DNA from: the human T2T-CHM13v2.0 reference genome, Homo sapiens
NCBI RefSeq assembly: GCF_009914755.1
Contig: NC_060934.1
Strand: one strand, 5' to 3'
DNA: 64,000 nucleotides
A program made the translations under genes and the position numbers. Of this stretch, positions 1 through 19,785 are shown in pieces. Numbering within the stretch: position 1 is the first letter of the stretch; every line of letters starts with the position of its first letter. The notes below the pieces were generated by a model, which saw only the letters and a program-made list of their open reading frames with translations, ran no database searches and was not told the origin of the DNA.

Positions 1-386
1 ATTAACATTATTATTAAATTTATCAGAAACAGAATTAAAATGGCATTAAACTGAAAAAATGCTTACTGTCACAGAAAACAAAATACATTCAAAATAAAAT
101 TATACTAAGACGATTTTCTATTTATAAGGTTATCAAGTTTAAAAAATTATGCTACATGTCAAGGCTCTGGAGAAAGAGGCAATTAATTACATTGGTGGTA
201 GAAGTGTGTATTCATACTATTTTTATTAAGCACAATATGGCAACCATATTAAAATTAAATGCACACAACTTTTTAGGAAGTAAATTTGATTCTGTGAATT
301 TAAACTAACAATATTTTCCAGTAGGTGTGAAATGATATAAATGTAAGGGTATTTATTGCATTGCCACTTGTAAAAACAAAACTTTG
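1..386 (+). mobile_element. Old L1M (L1ME-like) ORF2 3' end fragment, interrupted by Alu
   Basis: Degenerate L1 ORF2 C-terminal motifs (ggctctggagaaagaggcaattaattacattggtggtagaagtgt; gggtatttattgcattgcc); continues after the Alu. Confidence 0.7.
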
Positions 387-1540
<1,154 letters not shown>

Positions 1541-1552
1541 CAGCTCATGTAC

Positions 1553-3110
1553 ACTTTTTTTTTGGGTTGGTATTCTTTATTATTGTTGAGTTGTATGAAT
1601 TATCTTTTTTTTGCATAGAACTCTTTTGGGATAAATATATTTTCAAATAGTTTCTTCTAGTCGGTGCTTTTTCATACATGATCTTAACAGTTCCTCTTGA
1701 AGAGAATAATTTGTTAACTTTAATGATGTTTAATTTATTTCTAGATTGATTACACACTAACATAAAATTAGAATGAATACATGAAATTGTTATTTATTTT
1801 TGAAAATCGTCTCAAACTATAATTGGAATAACATTGAACCAAAAGAACTATTTGAGAAAGTAAACATCTTATCACTATTTAAGCCCAATCCATGACATTT
1901 TATATTTTTAAAAATTTTTAGTTTTTTTGTGCGTTTTTAGGTTTTGTTTTTATATTTTTTGGGTTAGTGGTCTTACACATTCTACTTAGTTTATTCCTAA
2001 ATATCTTATGTTTTTGATACTATCTTAATTTTTAAAATTAACATCCCATTTTGCTGCTGAAACTATATTTCATTTTTGTAGACTGAACTTGTATGTTTGA
2101 TCCCTTAATACATTAAACTACTCTAGTAGCTTCTTGTAGACTTTTTACATAGACTATAATGCAATATTTAGCTAGACACAATTATACTTACCTCTTCAAT
2201 AATTATGCCTTTTATTTATTTATTCTTATTTTATTGCATTGAGTGGGACCTCTAGTAAAATGTAGAATAGATTGGTGAGATAAGACATTCTTTATTCTTC
2301 TCCATTTAAGTGAAAAACATTCAGTCTTTCTCCATTAAATTTTTTAGTTGATATTAATTGCAAATTTTTTTGTTGTTTATTTGTATATTACTTTGCTAGT
2401 TTGAAGAAATTCCCTTAAATTCTTAGCTTGTTGAGAGTTTTGTTGAATCACACATAGATGTTGAATTTTGACAAGTGCTTTTTCTGCATTCATTGCGATG
2501 ATCAAATGTTTCTTCATTATTGCCTATTGATATACAAAATTAAGTTGTTTGGTTTTCGAATGTTGAATCAATGTTTTATTCTTTAGTAAATAAGTATTAT
2601 TTTCTATTTGGCTGGATTTGAATTGCTGATATTTTAAGGATTTTGCATTTATGTTCATGATTAACATATACCTATTTTTTAATTCATATGCACTCTATCT
2701 GGTTTTGTTTTAAAAAAGTAATGCTGGCCTCACAAAATCAGCTAGAAAATCTTTCCTTTTCTATGTTCTGAAACAGTTTGTGCAGATTGGTGTTATTTGT
2801 TTATACATTGATTGACAGCATTCTCAAATAAACCCATCTTTGTCCAGAGTTTTCTTGTGGGTATGTATTTAACTATGAAATCATTTTATTTAAAAGATAT
2901 GGGAATAGTAAAATATTCTCTTTATATTTCTTCCAGTTATGGTAAGTTTTGTTTTCAAGTAACTTACCTATTTCATATAAGTTGTAAACATTTTGGCAAA
3001 AAATTGTCAATCATATTTTATTTTTATTTCAATAATAAATTATCTATCATTTATACCAATACCTACTCTGTCACTCCTGATATTGGAACTAGAATTTTTT
3101 CTCTCCATGT
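1553..3110 (-). mobile_element. Old L1M ORF2 fragments, antisense
   Basis: T-rich strand with L1 motifs (gatgttgaattttgacaagtgctttttctgc; ttttgcatttatgttcatga; taatgctggcctcacaaaat). Confidence 0.75.
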
Positions 3111-4019
3111 CCACCTCCCACTTCCAATTTACTTCACATATGTTTAGTTTTATAGTTGCTTTTTGAGAGCGGGAAAAGTCCAGTACTGCTAATTCTGTTA
3201 TGGTCAAAAGTAGAACATATAATAATTTCTTAATAAAAAATAAACCTTCATTGTATTTCAGTGAAAATGTTATTCAAAAATCACATCAAAGGAAAATGAT
3301 TTTGTAAGTGGGCCTGTAAGGATACTTGTGTGACAGTCAATATGCAGGGCAAATTCTGTTGGGGATATTTCTAGTAAGGCCAGGAAAGTGAGAAAAGATG
3401 TCTAATTCATATCAGGGAATTCCTTCTTACAACAGAAAGATATCAGAATGTAACTCACCAGGAATTTCCATCAAGGGGAAACATACGTGACATTTGATCT
3501 GATAACCAGTTTCTTTCCATTGTCACTTTTGCCTCATTTCTAAAACATCAGGGTAACATTTATTTATCAGGGGATTTGACGCTTTGTGGGATGAGTTGAT
3601 ATATTAAATGATTTGTGAAATTTAAGATCTCAAACTACTATGATAGTTGAAAAGTTGTGTAGAAACCTTTCTTGGTAATTGGCTTGGTGTCTTCCAATGG
3701 CTCTTCCAAGGAATAAATCTTCTCACAGCTCACCTTTCTCTCTGGGCAGCTTATACCCTTTGAGAGACTAGATTCTGATTATGTCTGTGGATTTCTGTGG
3801 CATGATATGAGAAAATCTAACAAGAAAGACATTGTGCATAAAAGAAATCAGCAAATAAGTCTGAGAAGGGAAATAAAGAAACCAACAAAAAGCCTGCATA
3901 AAACGTCAGAACTAAACACCTCCCAACTGCTGCTTGTAGGAGGGGTAGTGGTACATTTCTAATATAAAATAGCTAGTCTAATGGCAGTTTTGAAACAAAG
4001 CAGAAATTGTCCATAAAAA

Positions 4020-5870
<1,851 letters not shown>

Positions 5871-6058
5871 CTGTCAGTGGTAGATGCCCTTTTCCAACAG
5901 ATAGAAAATGATTGGGGGAGACTAAATCAAGATGGCCAACTGAGTCTCTGTATTCCTCTCATTCATGGAATTACAGAAAGTTAGAAAATCATAGGAAAAA
6001 GGGAAATACAATAAAAACAATAACTACCATCAGCACACAGGACATTAAGGCAATTCTG

Positions 6059-6179
6059 TTTTGATATACATCTACATGGTGAAATAATTACCAATGTATC
6101 AAAACGTCACATTGTACACCCTAAATATATACATTTTTATCTGCCAACAATACCTCAATAAAACGGGAGAAAAGAAGGA
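6059..6179 (+). mobile_element. Very short 5'-truncated L1MB-type 3' end
   Basis: caaaacgtcacattgtacaccctaaatatatacatttttatctgccaacaatacctcaataaa; flanked by 15-bp TSD attaaggcaattctg (6044-6058) / attgaggcaattctg (6180-6194). Confidence 0.8.
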
Positions 6180-6534
6180 ATTGAGGCAATTCTGAAAGAT
6201 AAACAGCAGAAAAAATTTAGGTGTATAGAAAAACAACTAGAGAAATTATGCAGACTACTACTCAGAAAACGATTAAGAAACAAAACAAATGATCAAACCA
6301 AAAAAACACTAGGAGCTACCAAGTCATGAGGAAACTATGAATTCTGAAGACAGAAGTACCAAATTCAATAAACAAAAAGATAAGTGTTTAAAGAAACATA
6401 CTTGATAGAATAAATTGAAATGGAATAGAGAATAAAAATATAATACTCTCACAACAAATTGAAAGTCAGTCATTGTGTATGATAAGATACCTTAGAATTT
6501 ACATTTCTTATTGTCATAAATAATACATAAGGTC

Positions 6535-6538
<4 letters not shown>

Positions 6539-6570
<32 letters not shown>
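6539..6570 (+). repeat. (CA)16 microsatellite
   Basis: Direct read. Confidence 0.97.
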
Positions 6571-6572
<2 letters not shown>

Positions 6573-6809
6573 GACAGAAAAACACATGCAATGCCAATGG
6601 AAGAGTGATAGCTATTCAAAACACGTGTGAAAAATTCTGCTCGGATATTAAAGTGTGATGGTTAGTTGCAGAAGAGCCAAAGTAGAGAGAAAATATGATT
6701 ACTACATGAATTGCAGCGCTCTCAAGATACAAAATTAAACAATGGTTAGAAGATACAGAAGCAATGTACCCACAAAAAATAAAAATAAGAAAAAAGAGAG
6801 GCAGAAGTA

Positions 6810-7050
<241 letters not shown>

Positions 7051-7139
7051 AAAGCAGTTATCTTAAGCAAAGCTGAGAGAAAATTTTCCACTGGGTTTTT
7101 AAAAGATGATATGCTCATCATTCCTTCAATTAATGTAAG

Positions 7140-7265
7140 ATTTTTACTTATTTATTTTTATTTTAGATTCAGGGGGTGCATGTGCTTGTTAGTTACCTGG
7201 GTATATTGTATACTAGTGGGGACCGGGCTTCTAGGGTACCCATTACCCAAATAGTGAACACTGTT
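7140..7265 (-). mobile_element. L1PB-like 3' end fragment
   Basis: ttttagattcagggggtgcatgtgcttgttagttacctgggtatattg...cccattacccaaatagtgaacactgt. Confidence 0.8.
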
Positions 7266-8605
7266 ACAAATTTACTAACACAGAGGTTTGTTGTCATGTT
7301 CCTCAGTAGCAGACATTATAATCATTTTTTAAAGGAATTTACATTTTTTCTTTAGTTTTCAGATAGACTCATGAGTTTTAATTTCAAAGGTTGATCAGAG
7401 AGAGATCCCAGATATTTTTACCATAATAAATGGTAAAAATGTTGATAAAGAAGAATTTCATAGGTAAGCAGAAGGAAATTCCTTGTTACCTGGAGTTCAG
7501 TGAGAAACTCAAGAGACAACCAAATGTTTCATTTTTATCAAACAGGATTATTATTTTATCATCAGCAGCAGTAGAAAGATCTACAAAAGAGTTATAGCTA
7601 TGATTGAAGAATATTCACTACTATGAAGTTAAGTTTGGTAACAAAATATAACCCCTACTTATTGTATGTATTTTGAAATACATGAGCACACATTTGACTA
7701 CTGAATTCAGCATAATTGTATTTATGATATGACAATGATGTGTAATTACATTTCTCTCAAAGTCCTATTACAAGATAGAGGAACTTTATTTAATTGTATT
7801 ATGTGTTCCTTCTGTATTATATTTCTAGCAAATCAGGATTTGATAAATTATTTAGTATGAGCTGGCAAACCAGTCCTGCAACCCCTGCACATAAAGTAAT
7901 TCTGATTCCAATAAAAGTATTTTTGACAAATGGCTTATGCTTACATGATTTATCAACCTAATGTGGAATGGACCCACAGCAGCGGAATAGTCGGCCTCTT
8001 TTGCACCTGCTTCTGTCTTTGCGTGCCAACAGGAGAAAGGCAGAAAACATAACTTATATTGAAGAAGTGGTTAGAAAAATATGATGTTTGTGCTAGGTTG
8101 ACAGCATACGGATCAAACAACAGAAAATAAAGAAAAAGCAATAAAGACATACAAAGTATACTTTTATCTTCAGTCATGGAAATTATTTGTGTCTGCTGAA
8201 GAAAGAGAAAAGCACCATTAGAGTTCACTGAGCATATTAAACTATAAACCACAAGGTGACTTCTCCTATCATAAACTTAGTTCCAAGGGGTTGCAGTCAG
8301 CTTAGATTTAGAGGCCACAAAGTTACTTCTGTGGGTTAATCAGATCCTAGGAGTGGTTTGGTTGAAAATGATATAGCTGCAAAGTGTATGGAGATATTTT
8401 CATGAACACCACTGAAAGTGAAGATTCAAGGGTAATCAAATTGAAAGCATTTATATGATTTGAAATCCTTCATCAGCTGAGAGTTCACTACAGTACATGA
8501 AATTATGTGATTGATTAAAAGCACCTACTAAAAACTAAACTTCATTGACATGTATTATGACACAATTTAACTGTCCAGCTCAGGAAGTTACATAAAAGGG
8601 TCTGT

Positions 8606-8862
8606 GGCTGGGCGTAGTGGCTCAGTCCCGTAATCCCAGCACTTTGGGAGGCCGAGGTGGATGGATCGCCTGAGGTTGGGAGTTTGAGACCAGACCGACC
8701 AACATGGTGAAACCCCGTCTCTACTAAAAATACAAAACATTAGCAGGGTGTGTTGGCCAGTGCCTGCAATCCCAGCTACTCAGGAAGCTTGACGCAGGAG
8801 AATCGCTTGAACCCAGGAGGCAGAGGTTGCAGTGAGCCGAGATTGTGCCATTGCACTCCAGC
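8606..8862 (+). mobile_element. Alu (AluSp/Sq-like), 3'-truncated, no poly(A)
   Basis: ggctgggcgtagtggctca...gaggttgggagtttgagacc...gccattgcactccagc, then abrupt end. Confidence 0.93.
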
Positions 8863-9059
8863 TAGAAGGATGGGCCTGCATCGAGCACACATCTTGCCCC
8901 TCCATTAAGATATGTGCCCTTCTGAAGCTTCAAAGAATGAGCTAAAGAGTATGTCCAAAACATCAGAAAAGGCAGAATTGAATATTCTTCATCATTTTGG
9001 AGGATAAGGAAATAGAAACACACCAGGTTTTGAATGAAAAGCCAAGGAAGTCCATGCAC

Positions 9060-10975
<1,916 letters not shown>

Positions 10976-10980
10976 GTATA

Positions 10981-11395
10981 TGTATTACTTTGCTAGGGCT
11001 GCCATAGCAAAATACTACAGACTGGGTAGCTTAAATAATATAAATTTATTTTTTCCACAGTTCTGGAGCTAGGTGTCCAAGATCATTGTGTTGACAGGTT
11101 TGGTTTTCCCTGAGGCCTCCCGCCCTGGCTTGCAGATGGCTGACTTCTTGTTACTTCCTCATTTGGTCTTTTCTGTGCGCAGGCACATGCCTGTGTCCAA
11201 ATTTCCTCTTTCTTATACACACAGCAGTCATATTGGGTTAGGAACCACCCGAACAGCCTCATTTCATTTGAATTACCTTTCTAAATAGGGAGAAAGATAA
11301 TTATAAAGCCCCAAATACAGTCACATTCTAAGATACAGGGAATTAGCACTTCATTATATAAATTTTGACAGGCCACAATTCAGCCCATACTAGCA
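10981..11395 (-). mobile_element. MaLR solo LTR, MLT1B-like
   Basis: tgtattactttgctagggctgccatagcaaaatactacagactggg...caaatacagtcacattctaag...cacaattcagcccata. Confidence 0.88.
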
Positions 11396-11469
11396 TGTAA
11401 TTTATAAATTAACAAGTAGGAAAAATACATACATTAAAGTAAAACTAAAAGGACAGGTAAGAAAATAAA

Positions 11470-11970
11470 GTCAAAAGTAAAGACTGAATTGGAGCAGCAT
11501 GAAAGTTATGTGGAAAACCAAGAGTTTGTGATACCAGAGTATCTAAGAGAAAAATGTTTTTAAAAAGAAGACGTGTTCAAATGTTTCAAGTGCTCTTCCT
11601 AGATCAATTAACATGAGGACTCAGAAATGTAAATTGGCTTTAAAAAAAGAAGGCCATTATTGACTTTAGTGAGAGCTGTTTTACTGGAGTGGAAAGGATA
11701 AAGCCTTATGAGGGTGGGTTGAGTAGAGAATGGGAGGTAAAAAACAGAGTAAGAGTGAAAATGCTTCCTTTGAGAGGTTGCCCTGTAAATATAAATTAAA
11801 TGGAAGTAGCTGGACGGAAATACGGGCTTGAAGAAGTGGTTATGGTTTGTTTTTGCTTTGGTTTCTTTGTTTTTAAAACTGGAAAAGACTTCTGCATGCT
11901 TGATCATTAATGAAATATGTAGAACAGTAAGGCAGAAGTTGAAGATATGGATCGGAGAGCAGATAATCAA
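11470..11970 (-). mobile_element. L2 (LINE-2) RT-region relic
   Basis: Minus-strand translation YPFHSSKTALTKVNNGLL resembles the L2/CR1 RT motif FRPHHSTETALVKVTNDLL. Confidence 0.75.
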
Positions 11971-11980
11971 GAGATGGCTC

Positions 11981-12145
11981 TAATAAAAAAATACTACAGA
12001 AGATAACAAATGTTGGTGAGGATGCAGAGAAATTGGAACCCTTCTATACTGTTTTCAGAAATGCAAAATGGCGCAGTCATTGTGGAAAACAGTATGGAGG
12101 GTCTTCAAAAACAGAACTACCATATGATCCAGCAATTAGACTTCC
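11981..12145 (+). mobile_element. L1MA/MB ORF2 3' fragment
   Basis: ataacaaatgttggtgaggatgcagagaaattggaaccc...tgtggaaaacagtatggagg...accatatgatccagcaat. Confidence 0.88.
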
Positions 12146-13269
12146 AAGGAAAAAATTGAGGAGCAGATTAACTACATATTTTGCCTTCATTTACCCTGCT
12201 GGTAATGAGGTGAATCTGGATTTGTGTTCATCTGGTTCTAAAGAATATTATCTTTTTTTACTTTTAGCACATAAAACAAACTATTAACATTCTAAGTCCA
12301 ATAATTTTCATGTTAAAATATAGTTAATATTTATAACAAAGTATATGTAATATCAAGAAATAATTTGATTGTAAAGTCAAATGAGAATTTTCAGGATCCA
12401 AAATTGACCACGTAACGTGACCACAACTACATCTAGCATAATGCCAGATACTCAATAAATGTATGCTAAATAACCTGTGTTTAAAAAATAGAAAAAAAAA
12501 AACAAAATAAAATGTAACAGAATGGTTTAACATGGTTAATCTAAGTGTAATTTTTTTCTCCCTTTCTTTCCTCTACCCCAATTATTTAAATGAATAACCG
12601 TGTCGGGTGTTTAAGAAAATTTTTAAAAAGTGAAATAAACCATGAACACAGTTCTTCTCTGAAAATATTCTACTCCTTCCTTCTACTTAATTCAGGGAAC
12701 TTTCTGCTCCACAACTCCTGACCACACTGTATGTGGTAACTGTCTACAAATTGCCCCTGAGGACTACACCCTGACAGTTTACTTAGTCACCAGCTACAGA
12801 GGTCTGAAAGCCAACTTTTTGAGCAGACATGGGAGTAATTTCATAAATATACCCAGGAGCACTACCTTACATGAAAGGATGCAATGATGAGAGAATATAT
12901 ACAGGCCTGAATCACATGGGGAAAAGCCACAGAACTTAGTTATTTTATTTATTATATTATATTTATTATATTGACAGCTTTGGAAGTGTGTGGGCTAGTT
13001 CTTGTAGGCAGGTTTCTCAACCTTCCTGAATAATCTGTATTTATATGGAGAACTAGGTGAAAATTATGTGAAGCTAGCAGCAATTGAAGTCATCTTTCTT
13101 GAATAATAAAGTTCATAGACCAGGAAAAGGAAGGAGGGAGGAGAGAAGAAGATAGGTTTCAAAGCTTTTCTAATTATGAAGAAAATTTGATTTGTATTTC
13201 ATATATAAAAATGGTCCTTGTTATTTCTAGAACCAATCTGCTATCCTTTGAATTAACAAAAGATATGTA

Positions 13270-14055
13270 ACAAAGAGTATCCAAATTGGAAAGCAGGAAG
13301 TCGAATTGTCTTTGCAGATGACATAATTTTATGTATTAAAAACCCTAAAAGAGTCACCAAAACATTTTAGAACTGATAAACAAATTTAACAGTGTTGCAG
13401 GATACAAAATCAACATATAAAAATCAGTAGAGTTTCTGTGCACCAACTACTCTCTAGTGTAAAAACAATCAAGAAAGCAATCCCATTTATAATAGCTACA
13501 AAAAATAATTTTTTTGGAATAAATTTGACAAAGAAAGTGAAATACCTCCACAAGGAAAAATGTAAAACACTGATGAAAAGAAATTGAAGAGGATATGAAA
13601 AAATGGAAAGACTTCCCACATTTATGGAATGGAAGAATTAATATTGTGAAAATGACCATGCCAACAGAAATGATTTGTAGAATCAATGCAGTCCCTGTCA
13701 AAATACCAATGACAGTCTTCCTCCCAGAAATAGAAAAAAAAATCCTAAAATTGATTGGAATTACAAAAGACCCTGAATAACCAAAGCAATCCTGAGCAAA
13801 AATAACAAAGCTGGAGGCATCACACTAAGTCACTTCAAAGTATTTTATAAAACTATAGTAACCAAAACAGCATGGTACTAGCATAAAAACAGGCACATAG
13901 ACAGGCAGAACAGAACAGAGAATCCAGGAATAAATCCACATATTTATAGCCAATTTATTTATGACAAAGATTCCAAGAACATTGGGGAAGAAACAGTCAC
14001 TTTAATAAATGGTGCTGAGAGAATGGAACATCCATATACAGAGGACTAAAACATG
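13270..14055 (+). mobile_element. L1MA-like ORF2 RT fragment
   Basis: tttgcagatgacata (FADD motif); gttgcaggatacaaaatcaacata; aaagctggaggcatcacact. Confidence 0.92.
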
Positions 14056-14544
14056 ATTTATTTTTAAAGGTTTAATGTAATTCTCGACCCTCTTCTTCTG
14101 CCTCCCCTTCCATAAATACCCACTTTTCCCTGTGACACAATCTACCATGGGGCTTTCAACAGCATTTTTAAAATACTTTTTTAACTCTTTAAGTTGATTT
14201 TTTACTAATGCTTGTTCCACTGATTTTATATGAAGTAGTGGCAAACACCAAAATTTATATTACTGAAGTCTTGTAGTTTCAAAGAATGACTGCTGCATAT
14301 CATTTGTCTGCAGGAAAGAGGAACCTAATAGAGTTTCTAATGTTGAGAATCCTTTCTAAATCGGGTTAGCTCAAGAATGTGGTCAGTCACCAATCATCAT
14401 AGCGGGTGTTGCAACTTTGCCTTTTCAGAAACTTCTAGCTGCCTTCTTGTGCCTCTCTCCCACTCTCCTGGAGTTCTCCCAGAACAATATGCTGAGAACA
14501 TTGATAAGGGTAAGTCACTATTAGTGGAACTGTCAACCTGAATT

Positions 14545-15165
14545 GTCTTCTTGCAGGACAACTTGGCTGTAGCTTTCAAAGTTAAAACTGAAAAGGCTTT
14601 TTAATCCAGCATTCTGAATATGGTACTTATTCTACAGAAGCACTTTCATTTTCTTGGGGTGGGGTGGAAGCAAGATAATATATGTGCTTGGACATTCATT
14701 GCATAATTATAATTGTAAAATAAAGTAATGAAATGAATTTCCATATAAGAAGACAAGTACAATAAATTTGATACCTTCATAAAATGAAATATTCTATAGC
14801 CATGTAAAAAGACAATTTTATAAATCTCCCTGTGGTAGTTTTAAGTGAAAAATTCAGCTGTAAAACAATGTGACTAAAGAAGAAAGAGAGATATAAACAC
14901 ACATACATATACACATACACAGATACATAAATCTGTTGTTATATATATTATATATAATTACTAGATGTTATTATTAAATGCACTGAATACCTTTGGAAAT
15001 TAAATAGACATTAGTCATTGCTTTCAAAGAGAATAACTGGTTTATCTGGGATCAAAAGAGGGAGGAAGGGAAGCACACTATTCACTGTATTCACTTTTAT
15101 ATTGTTGAATTTTGATCAATGTGTATTACCTATTTAATAATTAGTAAACAAAATAATATTAAGAA
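14545..15165 (+). mobile_element. L1ME-type 3' end relic
   Basis: gacattcattgcataattataattgtaaaa; aatgaaatattctatagcc; ttaagtgaaaaattcagc. Confidence 0.55.
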
Positions 15166-15929
15166 AAAGTATAAATTATTAAGAGATGATCTTAATACAG
15201 CATCATCATTCCAAAGGAACTTTCATAAAGCTGAGGATTGCACAGATCTGCATATTACGCCTATCATGTAGTCACAGGTGATTCAAGGTGCATATAAGGT
15301 TGGGTAAATTGTTTAGCGCTCTTCCAAACAGGGATCATTTTATTGACCTATACACGTCAGCATTAATACCTTATTTGGTTGCACTATACACACGTTTGCA
15401 TAGATGCAACTGCACATAAATATTGCATATGTATGAATACATAATGGCATATTTATGTCAATAGAAATAATACCACATAAGCTATCTCGAATGTCAAACA
15501 TTCATGATTAGGCTTTTTATACACATGTGATAAAAAGAATAATCATATCACTGAAAGAGTCAAAAGAAAGATAAATTAGATACTATGACTGACTTAATCA
15601 CCACCATTCATTTTATATGTTATTTCAGGACATAGTAATAAGGGCATATATTATACAAATTGTTTTTTTTACTTGGCTTTCTTGATTATGCATTCTTTAC
15701 CCCATCCAGCCCAAATTCTTCCTGATAAATTTAGATTACTCCTGTGTGATTCCTTTTTGTTTTGAGATATGCTTTGGTGATTCCCAGTAGGCATAATTTT
15801 TATCCTTTTCCATCCATTTTCTATTTTCCTGTCTAAACAAATTGTATGCATCAGTAAAATACACTAAACTTCACATGTTGTTTTGAAAACAAAAAGGGAA
15901 TATAAGTTTAGAATAGATGCATATTTCTG

Positions 15930-16870
<941 letters not shown>

Positions 16871-17189
16871 ACAAGGTACATCATAGCCAGAAGCAAAGTC
16901 TTGTTCATTTTTCATTCACTTTGAGTTCAATACATTTTTATCTGGTATGGCTCTTCCTCCAACTGAGAGGAAGGATTGGGAGATAAGAAAGAACTGCTTA
17001 CAGCAGAGCAATGAAAGTAGATCTGCAAATAGCAAATTATATTTAAAGTTGGAATAGGTACTCAGTAGAGACACATTTACATTTGAGGAAGTATAAGTAG
17101 TATAGTATAAGTATAGTATACTTATAAGTATTATTTGAGGAAGTATAAGTAGAAGGCAAGAGTAATAATGAAAGGTGACAGAGGACCAT

Positions 17190-17420
17190 GAGTATTGATT
17201 CTGGTATGTTCAGATCTGGGTCCAAAGTACAAGTTATCTACTTATAATCTTTGTGACATTAACGGGAAGACAAAACTTGTTTAAGTTTCTGTTGTCAGTC
17301 CCAAAACAAGAAAAAATGATGTTTTATATTATGAGATGGTTATGGGAATTCGATAATAATATATTTATCACTTAATAGTGATGCCTGCTATGTAATTGAA
17401 GCTTTATAAATCATAGCAAT
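17190..17420 (+). mobile_element. MIR relic
   Basis: cagatctgggtccaaag...ctacttataatctttgtgacatt...gatgcctgctatgtaattgaagctttataaat. Confidence 0.5.
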
Positions 17421-18071
17421 CATTAAAAAATCAAGAAATATTTAATGGACATAGCATTGTGGTTGATGCTAAAACATAATTAGATTTTCATTGGAAAGAG
17501 ATCAGAAGAAATCTGGCTGTTGAAGAGCCAGCAAGAATAATGACTTGGGTTATGAAAGAGACCACCATGTTCAGGGCAGAGAAAGCAGCTGACACTGCTG
17601 AATCTCTAGCCCTGACTCTGGAGGATGGTCCCTTGGAGCTTCATTATGGAGAATTTGCATGTTATGGAGAGGTGGTAATACATGAGGCAGAAAACCTGCA
17701 GAGGACTGTGTGCTAAGGTGGTTAAGCATCATTGTAGATCCTTGAGCAGGAGTGTACCCTTGACCATGTCTTACCGAGTGAGTTCTACGTGTCTGGGAGA
17801 ATGTTTTCTCTAAAAAGATGGAGTAGTCCAATCTTCTAGTTCTCTGGTCCTCTGCCCATAACTCACCTCCCACTGCATTGCCAGTCACCTTAGTTGACTG
17901 AATAGCATGGACATTTCCACAGAGAATAAAATGTTTTGTTTATTTTCCCTTAGAAGATTTTTAGACCATTTTATTTCCCAGTTTTTCTTCCACAACACCT
18001 TTTCTCACTGCATAGAACTTGGGTAGAAACAGACATTCTGTCTTTCCTGCCTCCATTCCTCCTGGCCTCTT

Positions 18072-18439
<368 letters not shown>

Positions 18440-19689
18440 TGATATGTAAAAACTCTGCCACAGTTGGTATTAGAAAAACAACTTCACAAATCAAAGATTC
18501 ATGGAGAAAATTATGGTTTTGGTTTTGCCAACCCAGTAGTGAGTACCTTCCATAAAATGACCATTTACTACCCATGGTGATGAGCCAAGCTTTATGGAAT
18601 CAGAACATGACAATCCAAACACTTGGTTTTGGATGTGGAGTGGGATTAAAGCCCTGATTACTGCATTTAATCTTTATAATTTCTCTGCTCCTTCAGCCTC
18701 CAAGAATCTACGGAATCCTGACACGCTTAGTTCAGGTACTCTCGGGCACAGGTTCTAAGAGTGATTTCAGGTAGATTAGAGTTGGTTAACTGATTCTAAG
18801 GCATTCAATTTCTCTTCCGTTTCAATGAGTTTACTCCTTGCCATGGGGTCAGTGATTGGAAGGAACCACCAATTTCTTCTAGATCTAATTCAAGTTGATT
18901 TGCTAATATTCAGTAAATACATTGAAAAAAGTAATAGGAAGTGACTTCAGGAAGCAATGCTCTCATTGTCCATGGGGTAGAGGACAGCAGATGTGGGTAA
19001 TACTGCTTTTTGGGGAGCATTTAGGAAGACCCTTTCTGAGACTTGCTGCAGTTTTCAGAGTACTGTGAGCAGGATGGTGAATGCTCTGAAAACTACTGAA
19101 AGAAGAATAATTGGAGGAAGAGGCCTCTTCAGGGAGAAAGGAAGACTGTTTTGCCAAATGACAAGAGACCCATTACCAAGTATAGACAAAGGAGTGTGAG
19201 CAGGAACAAGCTAGCTTATTCAATGTTGCTGAAAGCCAAAAGGCAAAAAGTATAGATTGATGGATGTGGTCAGTGAAGAGACAACCAGAATCAACCAGAA
19301 ATGGAAAAGGGATGTAGGGAATCCCCTGAGAGAATTCAGCCAGGCTACATGGCTATTCATTTATGATGGCTTAACTGATGTTGCTACATGTAATTAGACC
19401 AAATCACCTTGGTGATCCTTTCCAACACTAAAGCACTGTTTTTAAACCAAAATATACTTTGGCACATGACAATTTCTTTTCTGTCATACCCAAGACTTCT
19501 CCTCTTCTGTTCCTTTCATTTTCTTAAAAAAATTATAAAACCTTTTTGGCACCAACTGGGATTCCTCAACCCCACTGTGGTTTTTTTTTCAAAGTATATT
19601 CAAGTTCCCTACAGAAAGAATAACCCAATAACCCAATTAGATTATGAAAAATACACAATTTATGCACGTAATTCCCCACTGTCAGCATA

Positions 19690-19785
19690 CTCAAACAAGT
19701 TCCCTGGGGATGAGGCCCAGGAATATGCATTATAAGAAGTTCCCTCTGAGGATTCTTATCACCACCTAAATTTGACAATTACCAT
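19690..19785. mobile_element. MER5-like hAT-Charlie fragment
   Basis: ctggggatgaggcccaggaatatgcattataagaagttccctctgaggattcttat...aaatttgacaattacc. Confidence 0.6.

Noticed and set aside
17571-17888. 105-aa ORF in non-repeat-looking DNA
   Set aside because: GTG start, no recognisable domain, no supporting splice structure; compatible with chance
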